From Rhizodiscina lignyota (Eukaryota): DNA of 64,000 nucleotides. Positions 13,357 through 25,217 of this stretch are shown piece after piece. Location of the stretch: the NCBI GenBank assembly GCA_010015805.1, contig ML978123.1, positions 1,922,001 through 1,986,000 on the forward strand. Reading direction: 5' to 3'. The notes below the pieces were generated by a model, which saw only the letters and a program-made list of their open reading frames with translations, did not search any database and was not told where the DNA came from. Every line of letters begins with the position of its first letter. The first letter of the stretch is position 1. A program made the translations under genes and the position numbers.

Positions 13357-14455
13357 TCAGAAGGTTTCTTCCTCAACTTCACCCTCCATCTCCTGTGGAA
13401 TCTCGAATCCCTCCTTGCAGCTGAGTTAGCAACTCAAGGACTTTGTCAATGGTAAAGACCGGTTGGTGTTAGCTCACCTCAGTAGAGTACAGTATCGTCT
13501 GGATCTGCTTCAGGATTCCTCCTTCCTCTTTCTCCAACTCCGGCTCCGCCTCCATCTGCTGCTGAATCAACAGCTCAATATCTCTTAGCTTGCTGAAGTA
13601 GAAGTCTCTCTCCCGCTCTAGGCCTCCCACTGTCTCCCTCAACTCATCATTGAGCTTCTGCATCTGCGCATTGCCGCCTCCACTACCACCTGGAGTCCTA
13701 GTGCGCGGAGCAGCTGGTGCCGGCGCAGCGCCAGGTCGCCTCGCGCCTGCACTACCACCTGCACGAGGGGCAGGAGCAGCAGGTCCGCTCATAGAAGGCC
13801 CCCCTGACGCCTTGCGTCGCGCGAGAGCGTCATAATCGCCACCGGGATAGTACTGATCCCAATACCTCTTCGACCACTGGAGGAACTCTAGGTTGTCCTG
13901 CATCTTGCATTTTATGAGCGCCTCAACGGGGACGAGGCGGTCGACTTGATGTTTTGTGAAGGCATCTAATATCATGTGCCACGGTCAGCGTTCCATGTCC
14001 AGTGTGCGTCTGTGCGGTGAGAAGAAGGTGAAGGCGTACTTTGCAATATCTTGAAATTTTGGATGTAGGCATATTCGGTGTTGACGTTGAACTTGACCCG
14101 CGACATAGGGATATCAACTGCGACTCTCGTTAGCTCCAACGCGCCATGCGGTCTAAGGAGTCAATTCGTACGGAAGATACTATCAAAGACCTGACATAGC
14201 GCTGCCCTGTACGCGTCTTGTGAGCCTGGAGCCATATAAGGTTTTATCCCTGAGAGAGATCATTGTGGATTAGGAGCTAGTAGGACGCGTCGTACCCTGT
14301 GCCGCATTGCTCGACCTTCGTCATGTTGAGTTGGAGCAGGTTATTCAACCAGGCGAGCAGCTCCTGTCTAAATCGCAAAAGTTAGCGCTGATCTTAAGCA
14401 TGCTTCCATGTGTTTTCACAGCTACGCGATCGGGCTCTCACCTTGACTCCCCCAT
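13357..14455 (-). CDS. BIM1: Microtubule plus-end protein EB1 (Bim1/Mal3), multi-exon
   Basis: MGESR|QELLAWLN start, CH domain KCKMQDNLEFLQW, EB1 motif LERERDFYFSKLRDIE, C-terminal EEETF*. Confidence 0.95.
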
Positions 14456-15002
14456 GTTTGCTGTCACCAAGCGAAGTAGACGTGCGAAAGGGTATGTACA
14501 ACAGACCGAAAGAGGGAGTGTCGCAAGAACGTGGAAGGATCGAGTGAGGTCGCGCGAGTGATGGTTGCGGTTTCGGGGAATATTTGTTTGGAGTTGGGTG
14601 GGCTGTTTCTAATGTTGCGCGCCAAGCCACGCCCGCTCCTCCAGCGACTAAGGAGACGGGGAGGCGGCTCCGCAGTTCAGCTCGCACGAACTACTTGATG
14701 CTCAGCTGAACCTCGAACCGCGAACAAAATGCACCTAGGTATTCACAGATCAAGAAATGAAGTCGAACAATCTAAATTCTGGTATCTCGTTTAAATACAT
14801 GTACAAATGTCCTCGTCGAATATATACAACCTTCTTAGATTCCAATTGGACGGCCCATCGTTGGCACAGGTCCTTTCATTCCTTAGATACTCCTTGAGAT
14901 CCATTCTCAGGTACCATGCCAGGTTCTTTGTATCATTCTAATGAAACGCCGATAATGCTTGGGTGGAAAAGATGACAAAAGTCGAACGCCTCATACACTC
15001 AA

Positions 15003-16654
15003 TCATGGTTTAGGACGACCATTTTCCTGGCCCTGGTTGTAGTACTCCACTGGGCTTCCTCCTTCTGCCATCTGTCCATTGGAAGGACCTGACTGTGTCA
15101 TAGGAGGTGAGTCTGTGTACTTGGGTGGTTGGTCGGCCATGGCCCTTTTCCGCTTGAGCTCGCCCACGAAGGCAGCAATGATGTACGCGAGCCAGACGAT
15201 GCCTGCGACAACACCGTACGCAATTTCACCACCCTTGGTGTTGCCCGCAAGCTTAAGGCCGAGGCCGCCATTGATGATGCCGAGAGTGATGATGATACGG
15301 CCGAGCCAGACGTGGCCGTACGACCAGAACGTCCGCTGTCCATACTTCTTGAACATTTGGTGATGAATCATCCCCAGCATGGGTTGGAAGAAGATGAGCA
15401 CGAATACAATTATGCCGATAATAGGGTGGTATGAGGACAGCTGCCCTTGCATTAGTATAAAACCTCACAGAAAGTAGTGTGCAACCTACCAATTCTTCGT
15501 TCTTAGCGATGTAGATGCCCAGGCCGAAGGCGGCAATGAACATAATATAGCCGACGATTTGCATTGCAGCGTGTAGCCAGATGAGACCAGGGAAGCTAAG
15601 CACACGGATAATAATGCCACCAATAGGCAAAAAGACGACGAAGCAAAGCGCCGCGAGAATACCGTGAGCCTTGTAGAACTGTTGTGGGCGGCTACTCGAG
15701 AAGAAACCGCCTCCGCTGAAGCCGGCGCCGAGAGTTTCCGGAGTGTCATCACAAGAATCTCCATCATCGTCAGTATCTCGTTTGTAGTTACCGCTGAAGG
15801 GGCTACCAGTTGGGGCTGAGCCTCCAAACTGACTACTGAAAAACGAGGCCCAAGGAGGCTGGTTGCCATTGGTGCTACTTGCACCAGAGCTACCTGAGGT
15901 AGTGCTGGGGGAAGTACCTTTGTTCGACCCGCATTTGGTCGTGCTAGACCCTGAGCTTGATGCCACCGCGGCAAGGGGATTCGTGCTGCTTCCTCCGTTG
16001 GCTTTAGAATAGTCGAAACTGAATTGGCCCATGTTGTCGTGCTGGTCAAGATTGGCACTTTGACTGTTGGAGGCGATGGGGCTGCCGGCCTTGTACGCAA
16101 AGATCCAGTCGCCCGCGCTGCCTTTGAAGTTGGCCGAGCCGCCACTCCAGGAGTTGCAGCTTTCACCTAAGCAAGATTAGCTTGGGACGCGGCTCCGAGC
16201 ACGTATTTCCATACATCTAATGTTCGCAATCATATTACCCCCAGATACACCTGAACCGTCGAGGAGTGAAAACTTCGCAGCGCTGTTGAATAGTGGTTGT
16301 ACTTCGCCCTTTCCTAATCTGGGAGAAACGGTGACGTTTTTGCCGGTAGAGTCGGTGTACATGATGAAGATGTCCGCGCCTTTCATTTGGGATCCTTGGC
16401 CAATGCCCACCCATTGCATGCTTGTGGGGGCCTTGAGCTGGAAGTAGATGTCGCCAGTGCCCGACGAGGCCGTCGACGCGGGGATGTTGAGGCTGTAGCA
16501 AACATTGTCCTTGCACTGAGTATCGAGCGGCGATTGCGATGATTGCGCATACACAACAGAGCCTTCGAATAGTGTTAGCAGTTGCAGACTTCAATCGAAA
16601 TATCTCGAGTTGCTTACTGAGTGCCAAAAGGCCCGCTGCGATTGGTCCCTTCAT
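15003..16654 (-). CDS. DOMON (CDH-cytochrome-like) plus cytochrome b561 membrane protein
   Basis: Signal peptide MKGPIAAGLLAL; DOMON motifs WVGIGQGSQMKGADIF and SPRLG; b561 histidines in AHGIL, WLHAAMQ, YHPIIG, YGHVWLGR; 3 introns. Confidence 0.88.
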
Positions 16655-19600
16655 CGTGGGATCTGCCGCGCGTGGGCAAAGACGGCTAAAAATATACTGC
16701 GGGAAAGGGGCCGGAGGTTGAGATCGAGGTATAAACAATCACAACTTCAATATCCTTCAAGTCCAAGGAGAGTAAACAACAAGTAGTAGATGGGACAAGA
16801 AAGAAGCTGGAATATGGGCTTGAAGGTGCCTATATAAAAAGTTCACCGGGCGCGCAGTAAGCTGAAACCGAGACGGCTTTAACTTTAGAACACCGATGCG
16901 CACCGGCGCAGCAATCAGATTCATGACATCTTACTTCGCCCGAGCCAGAGACAAGCCCCTTGCACGGATTCAAGGGATGCAGGCCACAAAGGCGCACAGA
17001 AAAGCACCGCTAGACCGTGTGGGGATCCGTGGCTGTCGGTGGTCCTTTGTGGACGTGCCGGCGAGTCTTGGAAGCTAATTTGTGACATCTGCCACGCAAT
17101 CTTGGACTCGCTGAGTGCAGATTGCTGCACGCGAAGAGAGCGAGCAGGGAGTCTATCGCAGAGGTAGCGCTGGCTAATCTCTGCCATGTGCGCCGAGCCA
17201 TGGGAGAGACATTTCGTCTCCTGCCGTCAAGAGCGCGCTGCATTTGGAATGCGACCAGCCGACGTTTTCGGTGCAGGAGTCGAGGCTGAGAGGCGGTGCG
17301 CATCAGTGCACATGGCCCTGCTTCCGCTCCGCAAGCGCTAAAATCTGACACCAAACTCTTCGCGGCCAAAGCACGGGGGCGCTGATTGGGAGCCAACTCT
17401 TTGTTGTATCTTAACCATGCTGCTTTCAGAGCAGACGCGCGTACTGTACCCCCATCAGCAAATAGAAGCTGGGGAAGCCTCAGCGACCATGACGACGTCC
17501 AATCAATGCTTGGCCAACTCATCCTTGACGCTGTCCTGTAAGCAAAATTTAAGACGGCTCCTATTCGTGCAGAGGGCCCGGAGGAGAGGGACGGAAGAGA
17601 AGCAGCGGAGTGCATGCGGGCGATGCGAGAGGATATACGTACCTCCATGCCATGCGTCAAGAATAGCCTCAGGATTAACGACGTCAATGACTGACTTTCC
17701 TCGACGATCATATTTGTTTAGAGGCGATTATACAGTGATGAGCACGCGTTTCACACTGCTGATCTTTTGCCAGCAACGCGAGCGGCCGTGGTTGTGTTTG
17801 TGGAGAGTGTCTCAGAGCCGGATGCCAAGGAATTCCTTCATCCTGAACTTCCTTCGGCTCGGCTTTGCCAGACTTGCTTGGCCTCAATGCTTGAATGGGA
17901 GCTTCTATCAAAAGCGATCGACACACACGTTGTCCGAAGTCCGGCTTAAGCGCTAAGCCCGTAGAGCTACCACAATCAAACGAATGAGGCTGGGACCGGA
18001 AGCAGTAATTGCTGAGGGCGGAGGCTGATTGCACGTTCCCAACGCCGTCCAGCATGCACCCAAAACTGAGGTGCTGCTCAAGAGGTGACGCAACCTAGAG
18101 CAACGGACGAGAATCATGGCCACCAGGTTGTTCGTGGGTTTATACGTCGACCTGCCTCTTCCTCGGAAAAAGCAGTAAGTCCTACACGCGTTGCGCCGTT
18201 TTGCGAGAATGCGAGCAATGCGCTGAGACACTATCTCAAATAACCAACAAGCGAAATGCTTGTTCGCCGCTTCATCATTACCGATCCTATCCTGTGCTTG
18301 CTTCGAATATCAAGGCGTGTTATCCGTAGCCCCTTCCATTCGGCCCCTGATTCCTAGGGATCGTTTTCATCACGAGAAAATTATATCATGTCTTTCCATT
18401 GCGTGCGATTGCAGATCTCAACAGTTTCCTGAACGTGGCGGAGCGCAACTACAGTGCCTACGGATCGAAGCTCGCTCACACCGAGAGATAAATGCCCTTG
18501 AGCCGATTTTAGAAACCGCTGATCATCGTACGAGGGAGACGAGTCTCCCAAACGTCAAATGCTCCACTTCTCCATTGCCTATTCTCCACGTCGAATTTGT
18601 ATACTCGAAACCGTCGATGCAAGTCAGAAGTTGACTGCGAGGGATGCCCGCCTATCTGTTCTGCGTCTCCAATCCATTTTCAAGCGGTTAAAGTGTAATT
18701 ATGCGGAGAGACTACGCTTACTTTGCAGTGAACCTCGAACCTTTGTTCACTCTATTCTCCCGCACAAAGCGCCTGGATAAAAGTGATAGAGGGTGAAGAC
18801 GTTATTACAAATGCGACTGAAACGTGCCACGGGCAACACCGGCCTCCGATATCCTGGTTCGATTCTCATCGCAATGAACAGAGAAATTGAGGCGAGTCTA
18901 ACAGATAGTTCAAGTTCGCGGTCTCGAGGGCGACAAAAAGCTGGGTTGCTGGCTAGCTGTAACGCCCAAATTTGAGCACTAGGGCAGCTCCTACACTTTA
19001 AGGTAAGTGAGACGAACTTTGAAGGCTCACTTATACGTGCTTTAGAGTGTACTAAACAATAGTAACTTGTTGAGGACCTTGCGGTACTGTCGAAAGTGTT
19101 CAGGTTGTCGGACATCCTTATCCTATGTCGATCAGCAAAGCCATTAAGGTTCGTCGGACTACTATTCTAGTTGAAGCAAATATTCGATTTGTATCTTCGT
19201 GCATAGTTCCTTGGTGGGTCAGGATTTTGCTCTTAACATATACGATGCCACGAGTTCCTCGAGGTCTTGAATTGTAATGCACACCTAGCCAAATGAGCAA
19301 TGGCGACTACACTGAAAGGCATCCCACTGAAGCGATAGGCATGTAAAGTATACTTCACGATTAGGGATCGCAAACATAACCATCGTTATAGGAGAGGAGA
19401 GGACTCCTAATGCATTCTTTACAAATTTTGTACTCTGCTATTCCCCCTTTTCGCGTCTCTTAATTGAGCCTCCCTCAGAGCAAGAAGAAGCTTCTATAGA
19501 CCTCCCATTCCCGAAGTTCATGACCTTGACCAATGCTAACACACAATTCTCAGAACTGCATCCAAAATCGACCGGTAGTGGTGTGCCCTTCACATCAAAG

Positions 19601-21189
19601 CGTCACAGGGCCCAAAGGTCACCAGCAATCTAGTTAAACTCACCGCGATCCTACACTCAACTCATGTGCATTCGAATATTCGGTCTTCTTTGTAGTCAAT
19701 GATTTCCTTTATGGATCTGGAGTCATAGCCATCCATCAATAACCACCGACGCGTCACTTTGTGAATGCTCAACCGCCATCGACGCCGAAGCGAAAACTGC
19801 GGGACAAGCGGAAGACGAGACAAACTTCAGCAGGCGACTTGGTGAGCCGCACCACGCAGCATCTTCCTAGACCAGCAAAGATGGTTCGAAGCGATAGCAC
19901 TGACATCGAGGCAGTCGCTAATGGTTGCGATAATGGTGGCGGAAATACCGAACAAAAAATCAGCGGAATGGCAGCAGATTCATTCACACAGATCCGCATC
20001 GCTCTTCGTGCCGATTTCATACCCTCTTCACTATTCCAAGGGACATGGACTCGTACGCTACCTTTCAGATTTACACCTCGCCTTTCATGAGCACCACCTC
20101 GAGCCGATCCTATGATCAGGCGTACAGCTATTCACGATGGCGAGGATGCGGTTATGGCGGTAATCGCGCAATTTGATCTGCTGGACTGGTTTAAGCCGCA
20201 TTTCAACAGATCCGATGCACTTCCTCGCAGCATCAATCAAACTTCGATGGCTCCCCACAACATACCTCGCGCGAATCATCGACGCACAACGTATGCGACA
20301 AATTGGAGATGCAAGAGCAAGAAGTGAAATTGCGCATGATGCCATGAATGATATTCTTGAAGCGGGCGACAGAGGAGTTCCCTGGTCATTCCCTACGCGA
20401 ATCAGGCAAAGCCATATTCATTGGACAGCAGTGTCACCGACCAACAGGAGACATTTATGTCAGATGCAGATCATGATACCGAGACCGTCTAAAGCGAGGT
20501 ACGGCAAAGACGATTGTGTAGCAGATGGAGCGAAGCGGGCGAGCACATCTTCGCCGAAGCGTAGTAAGTATTCTGTGTCGTATCAGATCGAAGAGCAGCT
20601 ACGGAAGGAAACTGTAGACACATAGGAGACTTATCGAATTTGACGCCTAGCCACTGTTGATACTGAGATGAAACTAAGCTGGATGAGCGCCGAGTTCGTC
20701 AGAAAGCAGCGCTATAAAGGCAGGCATCAGTATACGTTTGAAAATTGTAAGATACAAAGGACGGCAATGCCGCCGACCATAGGAGGAAGCAAGCTGGTAG
20801 GAAACTCGTTATTCATCATCATCCTGTGCCCTGCTCCTGAATTTCCTCACGCACTTCTTGAAGGATCCCTCCTATCATATTATGACCTAAGAAGGTCTGG
20901 CGATTGATACCCTAGTAGAAGCAATCTTCCTTGAATGCGCTGTCTTCCACAGCAAGCCGGGAACCATAGTAGCCTTTATAACTGCCCGCCTCTGCTCTCC
21001 CTATTCAGCCATTTCCTCTCGGAGCTCCGGTTGTCCGAAGCCGATTTGCTCTACCTATTAAACCGCGAAATCGCGTAGGTTTGCCGCAGTGCCCCATCTC
21101 GTGAGAAATTTTGACATTGCTCAGATCAATCATTTGAAGAACCAATAGAGACGCTACATCGGCCGCCTGGACGCAGTCTCTGTAAAAGG

Positions 21190-22268
21190 CGAATCGTCGA
21201 TATGCGACGAATGCGTCAATACTGTTAAATTCGTGGATACCGACATTAAATGTTTGAGAATGATTCGGCATAAGCAAGATAAATGTGCGATCGACACCGA
21301 TCCACTGTACGGCACCCTGATAAGCGCAACTTTGCATAGAATTCTGACAGGGCCCAGGAGGAAGCCTTGCCTTCAAGGGTGTTGCTCTTCGAGCCAGGCG
21401 AGAGCATGCCCGAAAGTTCAATTCAATATTCCTCGGCGTGTGTTTGTCTAGATTGTACGGCCTTAATGAACTTAGTCTATCTTTATCGAAGACACCGTGT
21501 GTCCTCTGTGACGGGATTGTCCGACGACCATTTCGTCATTCTCGAGACCTCGGAGCGCAAAGTGGACGTGGAGGTCGACATGTCCAAGTAAATGCGGGTG
21601 TTGCTGAGCAATCCAGGTGAGAGCATGTCTGAAAGTTCAATTGAATATACTTCAACCCGAGTTTACTGATATTGCACGACTTGAACGAGCCTAAACTGTG
21701 TTAATTGAAGAGGAAACGTGCGGAGGAAGAGACTTGTCGGTACGAGTGTGGTTGAGGGCAGCGACAGCCTCGCCTTATCGGTAAATCTAGTAAGTGAAAA
21801 TGAAAATGGGAGCAGTCCGAGCCCACCGTTTGTCACCTCCAAATCGGCGAAAGCTAAGCCTTGCACATCTGCTAGATGGGGTGGTTCTCCCTTGGAGATT
21901 GAAATCTGTAGTAAGAATAGTAAAACAGTCGGAGTGCTAACGCTGCCTGGGTTGGGAGCCCTTCTTCGCGGACTCCTTATCAGGAGCACCATGGATGCCA
22001 GGTAACCATATGCCCACGGCCGTGGGAGATCTTTAGCGGAGAGTCCCCACAGCCCCTTGATGTCAAAAATTGAAGAAAGCCTGTCGGGGTCTGGTTGCAT
22101 TGCTATGTCCCATGTAGCGAATGGTCTTTTCAGGAGGCGCGATTTCGTCGATTCCCCATGACTGAACAGGCTTATGGATACAACAAGGATAACACTCCTT
22201 AGTGGGATCCGTGATGGGTTTCTTGTCGTAGAAAGTCTGAGGCTCGCTGGACGAAGGGGTTCTGGCAT
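21190..22268 (-). pseudogene. Probable decayed ORF with an in-frame internal duplication
   Basis: The 201-aa ORF frame continues through several single stops; two ~100-bp copies 219 nt apart translate as RLVQVVQYQ*TRVEVYSIELSDMLSPGLLSNT and KFIKAVQSRQTHAEEY*IELSGMLSPGSKSNT. Confidence 0.4.
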
Positions 22269-22299
22269 TTTTGGACTAAGGTAGAGTTCGGGAGCGACA

Positions 22300-22525
22300 T
22301 GAGCTGAGTATCGATTTGGTGATTACTGGAGGCCATTCAAGAGTTGTGACTTTGAAAAGTGCAGATAGCGGCCAGTTATATTGCAAACTCCGGATTGACT
22401 CAAAGCATAGAGTGTATATCCCCCTCAAGGTTGACCGGCGAAGTAGACACCGTTCAATGGCGGCGTGAGCTGAGTATCGATTTGGTCATTCCCGGGGTTC
22501 ATTGAAGAGTTAGACCCTTGAAAAG
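22300..22525. repeat. Degenerate ~60-bp direct repeat, 2 copies 166 nt apart
   Basis: Identical core gagctgagtatcgatttggt at 22301 and 22467, each followed by catt(c/g)aagagtt...ttgaaaag. Confidence 0.75.
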
Positions 22526-22635
22526 CTGTCATCACAGATCAGCTGTCAGATCCTACGAAGTAAAGCGCGGAGAAGAGCTCAGAGGATCACTTTGATTCGT
22601 GCCGGAGGCCACGCGGGGCCTCCACAAACCTATGC

Positions 22636-24636
22636 TTAAGTATCTAACAGGAATTCCGCGTAGTCATCTAGTGTGATGACTCTGAACTTCCCACCCCACT
22701 GCTGGGCCCACGCTCGCCTCTTGTACTGCGAGCTCAACAGCTCGCTCCAGCTCACCACCTCCACATTCCAGCCCTTCTTCAGGGCCCGCTCGACCATCTT
22801 CAAGAAGCCATCGGAATACTCCGCCTCTGCGGCGTCTCCGCTCGCGAGGACCATGGTACTTCCTGGGGCCTCGATATCAACGAGGCTCTCCATCATTTTG
22901 AGATGCAGGATCTCATCCACCCCCTGCTCCATCCACTTCTCTGGGGCGTGTGTGGGGCTTTCCCCGGCGGCGGTCATTCCAGATCCGCCGCCCTCGGGGC
23001 TGTTTTGCCCGCCGAAGCTCGGCGCCCTAGCCTTGTACCTCCGCTGGCGTTCTGTAAGCTCCTTGGCCTTGTAGACCCTGTCAAGGATGTTACAATCGTA
23101 GCCAATGGCCTTTGCCAGCTCGAAGGCCGGAGGAGAGGGCGCTAAGCCAGATGAGCCAGCGAGTACGCGCTTGGCGACCGGGCGGCCACGCTCAAGCAGC
23201 AGAACGAGTGAGTCGAACGAGATGTTTGTGAGTGGTGCGCGTTGGTTTGGATGGAGGCGGTTGAGCTGTGTCAGCAGCTTCTGGAAGCCTATCAAGATGT
23301 TGGAGAAATCAATGAAAACGTGGATGCCCCCGTTTGAGGCATCGGTGTGGTTGGCGCGCTGAACTGGCGATGTGAGCCATTTTTTATCCGCACCAAAGTC
23401 GCGAATGAGTTTTAGGCGCAATGCCCAGTTGCGGTCTTCGCCCTGCCGAACATGGAGCGGCTTTGAGCGTGAATTGCTTGGAGTGGTGGGTGGTAATGAC
23501 TTGGTCGGATCCGCCAATGTGGAAAGAGCCCTGGGAGGAAAAGCAGACGGCAATAGTATCTGTGTAGACGAAGCTTGATGTAGTTGTTGCGGGTACGGAG
23601 TCTGATAGCCTTGCGGCTGACACGGAATGATGTATCCTTGTAGCAGATCCTGAGTCTGATATGCCCGTGGATCAATTGAACTTGGCTGCGACAATTCCTG
23701 CTGCTGAAGCGGAGTTTCGCTTGCTGCTGGTGCGATGTATTGAGTGGGAGTTGGAAGAGACACATGGTCGTCTTCTGGCAGAACATCGTGAGGCTCTTGC
23801 CCTTTCTTGTTTGGTGATTTCGGGTGCACCTTCTTCTGATTTACCTGCGGTGAGGCATTTTCTCTCTTCTTCGAAACATTGCTCTTCAGTGCTTCTTGGA
23901 CTACGTCGTCCTGTTCCTCGAGCTGTTGTCCTCGAGTCAAGATGCGCAATGGACGCAGACCATTGTCTGTATGCTCCTTGGACACTGTGTACTTCTCATC
24001 TGTTCCAGGATGATTCTCCATGTTCGTCTTCGCCTTGCCATTCTTATCTCGCGGTCGCAGGTTGTAAAAGTGTTGCGGCTGCTCGTCTTGGATGAGGAGG
24101 TTATGTACACTTGCTTTTCTTGCTGGTGGATACACCTTGTCGCCCTCCGACTCAAAGTCGCTCGCCGTCTTCTGGCGCGGTGTAAACTGGGAGCGGTTCT
24201 TTTTGCTCCGCTTCCTCTTCTTCTGTCCCTTCGACAATTGTTGTTCGACACGAACTTTGGGATCTTGACCTTGCTCTGTGAGCTCTCCGCCCGTAAGAGA
24301 TTCGTCTCTGAATTGGACACCTTTAGAAGAAGGTAGGCGATATGCGGCGCCATCGGAAGTGTATGCATGCGGCTCCGCAGTAGTGACCAGTGTCGAAGGT
24401 AACGGGACCATTGGAGGTGGCAGGTCGTGTGGGACGCCGAGAAAGCCCCAGAGTCTTGAAAAGTCACCAAGGCCAGTTGGTGAGGCCGAGGACTTGGTCG
24501 AGGACGTTATTGGTTTTACGGCCGTCGAAGCTGTGGCGGTCTGCGTTGACGACGAGAGCTTGTGGATGAGCTCGAGAGCTTGGGAAAAATCCCAAGCCCC
24601 TGGAGGAGAAGACTCCTCGACGATTACCGAAGCCAT
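22636..24636 (-). CDS. NYN/LabA-like PIN-fold domain protein with a long disordered N-terminus
   Basis: C-terminal motifs HVFIDFSNI, EQGVDEILHLKM, VLASGDAAEAEYSDGF, GWNVEVVSW; first in-frame ATG at 24636 (MASVIVEE...WDFSQ); ORF is open to 24765. Confidence 0.8.
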   Translation of the reverse strand: MASVIVEESSPPGAWDFSQALELIHKLSSSTQTATASTAVKPITSSTKSSASPTGLGDFSRLWGFLGVPHDLPPPMVPLPSTLVTTAEPHAYTSDGAAYRLPSSKGVQFRDESLTGGELTEQGQDPKVRVEQQLSKGQKKRKRSKKNRSQFTPRQKTASDFESEGDKVYPPARKASVHNLLIQDEQPQHFYNLRPRDKNGKAKTNMENHPGTDEKYTVSKEHTDNGLRPLRILTRGQQLEEQDDVVQEALKSNVSKKRENASPQVNQKKVHPKSPNKKGQEPHDVLPEDDHVSLPTPTQYIAPAASETPLQQQELSQPSSIDPRAYQTQDLLQGYIIPCQPQGYQTPYPQQLHQASSTQILLPSAFPPRALSTLADPTKSLPPTTPSNSRSKPLHVRQGEDRNWALRLKLIRDFGADKKWLTSPVQRANHTDASNGGIHVFIDFSNILIGFQKLLTQLNRLHPNQRAPLTNISFDSLVLLLERGRPVAKRVLAGSSGLAPSPPAFELAKAIGYDCNILDRVYKAKELTERQRRYKARAPSFGGQNSPEGGGSGMTAAGESPTHAPEKWMEQGVDEILHLKMMESLVDIEAPGSTMVLASGDAAEAEYSDGFLKMVERALKKGWNVEVVSWSELLSSQYKRRAWAQQWGGKFRVITLDDYAEFLLDT

Positions 24637-25190
24637 CTGTGCTACATTGTCGCGGCGTAGGGATTGAAGGGTTGGGGTGGTAGCTTGAGCGTGCGGTTTG
24701 AAGTTGAAGTCGAGGTTGGATTCGCGTTGTAGTGGGGTATTTGAAGGGTCCAGGAACAGCGTCACTTCTTATACTGTCAGCTGCAGTGCTTGGCGCTCGC
24801 CTATGCACAGCCTCCAGCTCATAGAGTCATAGAGCTCGCGACGACCACCCCATGTGACTTTTGTTGCATAATTCCATTGAATCCAGAAGGCTTAATGCTT
24901 CATTCCAGCGCTGAACAATCGGCTGTCAAATGTGTGGTACGATACCTGGATGAGGGAGCTCATATCGACATTGTAACCCCTGTCGTCGATCTTGCCGCCT
25001 CGCGTATCTGTCAATCCGACTTCAACTTGACCTTTCCAAATTCCTCAGTTACTCTCCGACATTCCAGAGCATCCATACATGCTCATCTCTTTGATGATTC
25101 ATTCCAATGTCTCGGTAAACAATCAATCTTAGCTCTTCCCCACTCTTCCCCACTCACGCACCCTTCCCACTCCACCCCCCTCCCCGCCTT

Positions 25191-25210
25191 TCCACTCCAC
25201 TCCACTCCAC
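25191..25210. repeat. (TCCAC)4 microsatellite in the pyrimidine-rich leader of the carrier gene
   Basis: tccactccactccactccac just before the ATG at 25218. Confidence 0.7.
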
Positions 25211-25217
25211 TAGCACA

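Noticed and set aside
9089..16654. Dikaritin/RiPP cluster around the repeat precursor
   Set aside because: Neighbours are VPS52, VAM7 and BIM1; no DUF3328, tyrosinase or other tailoring gene is visible.
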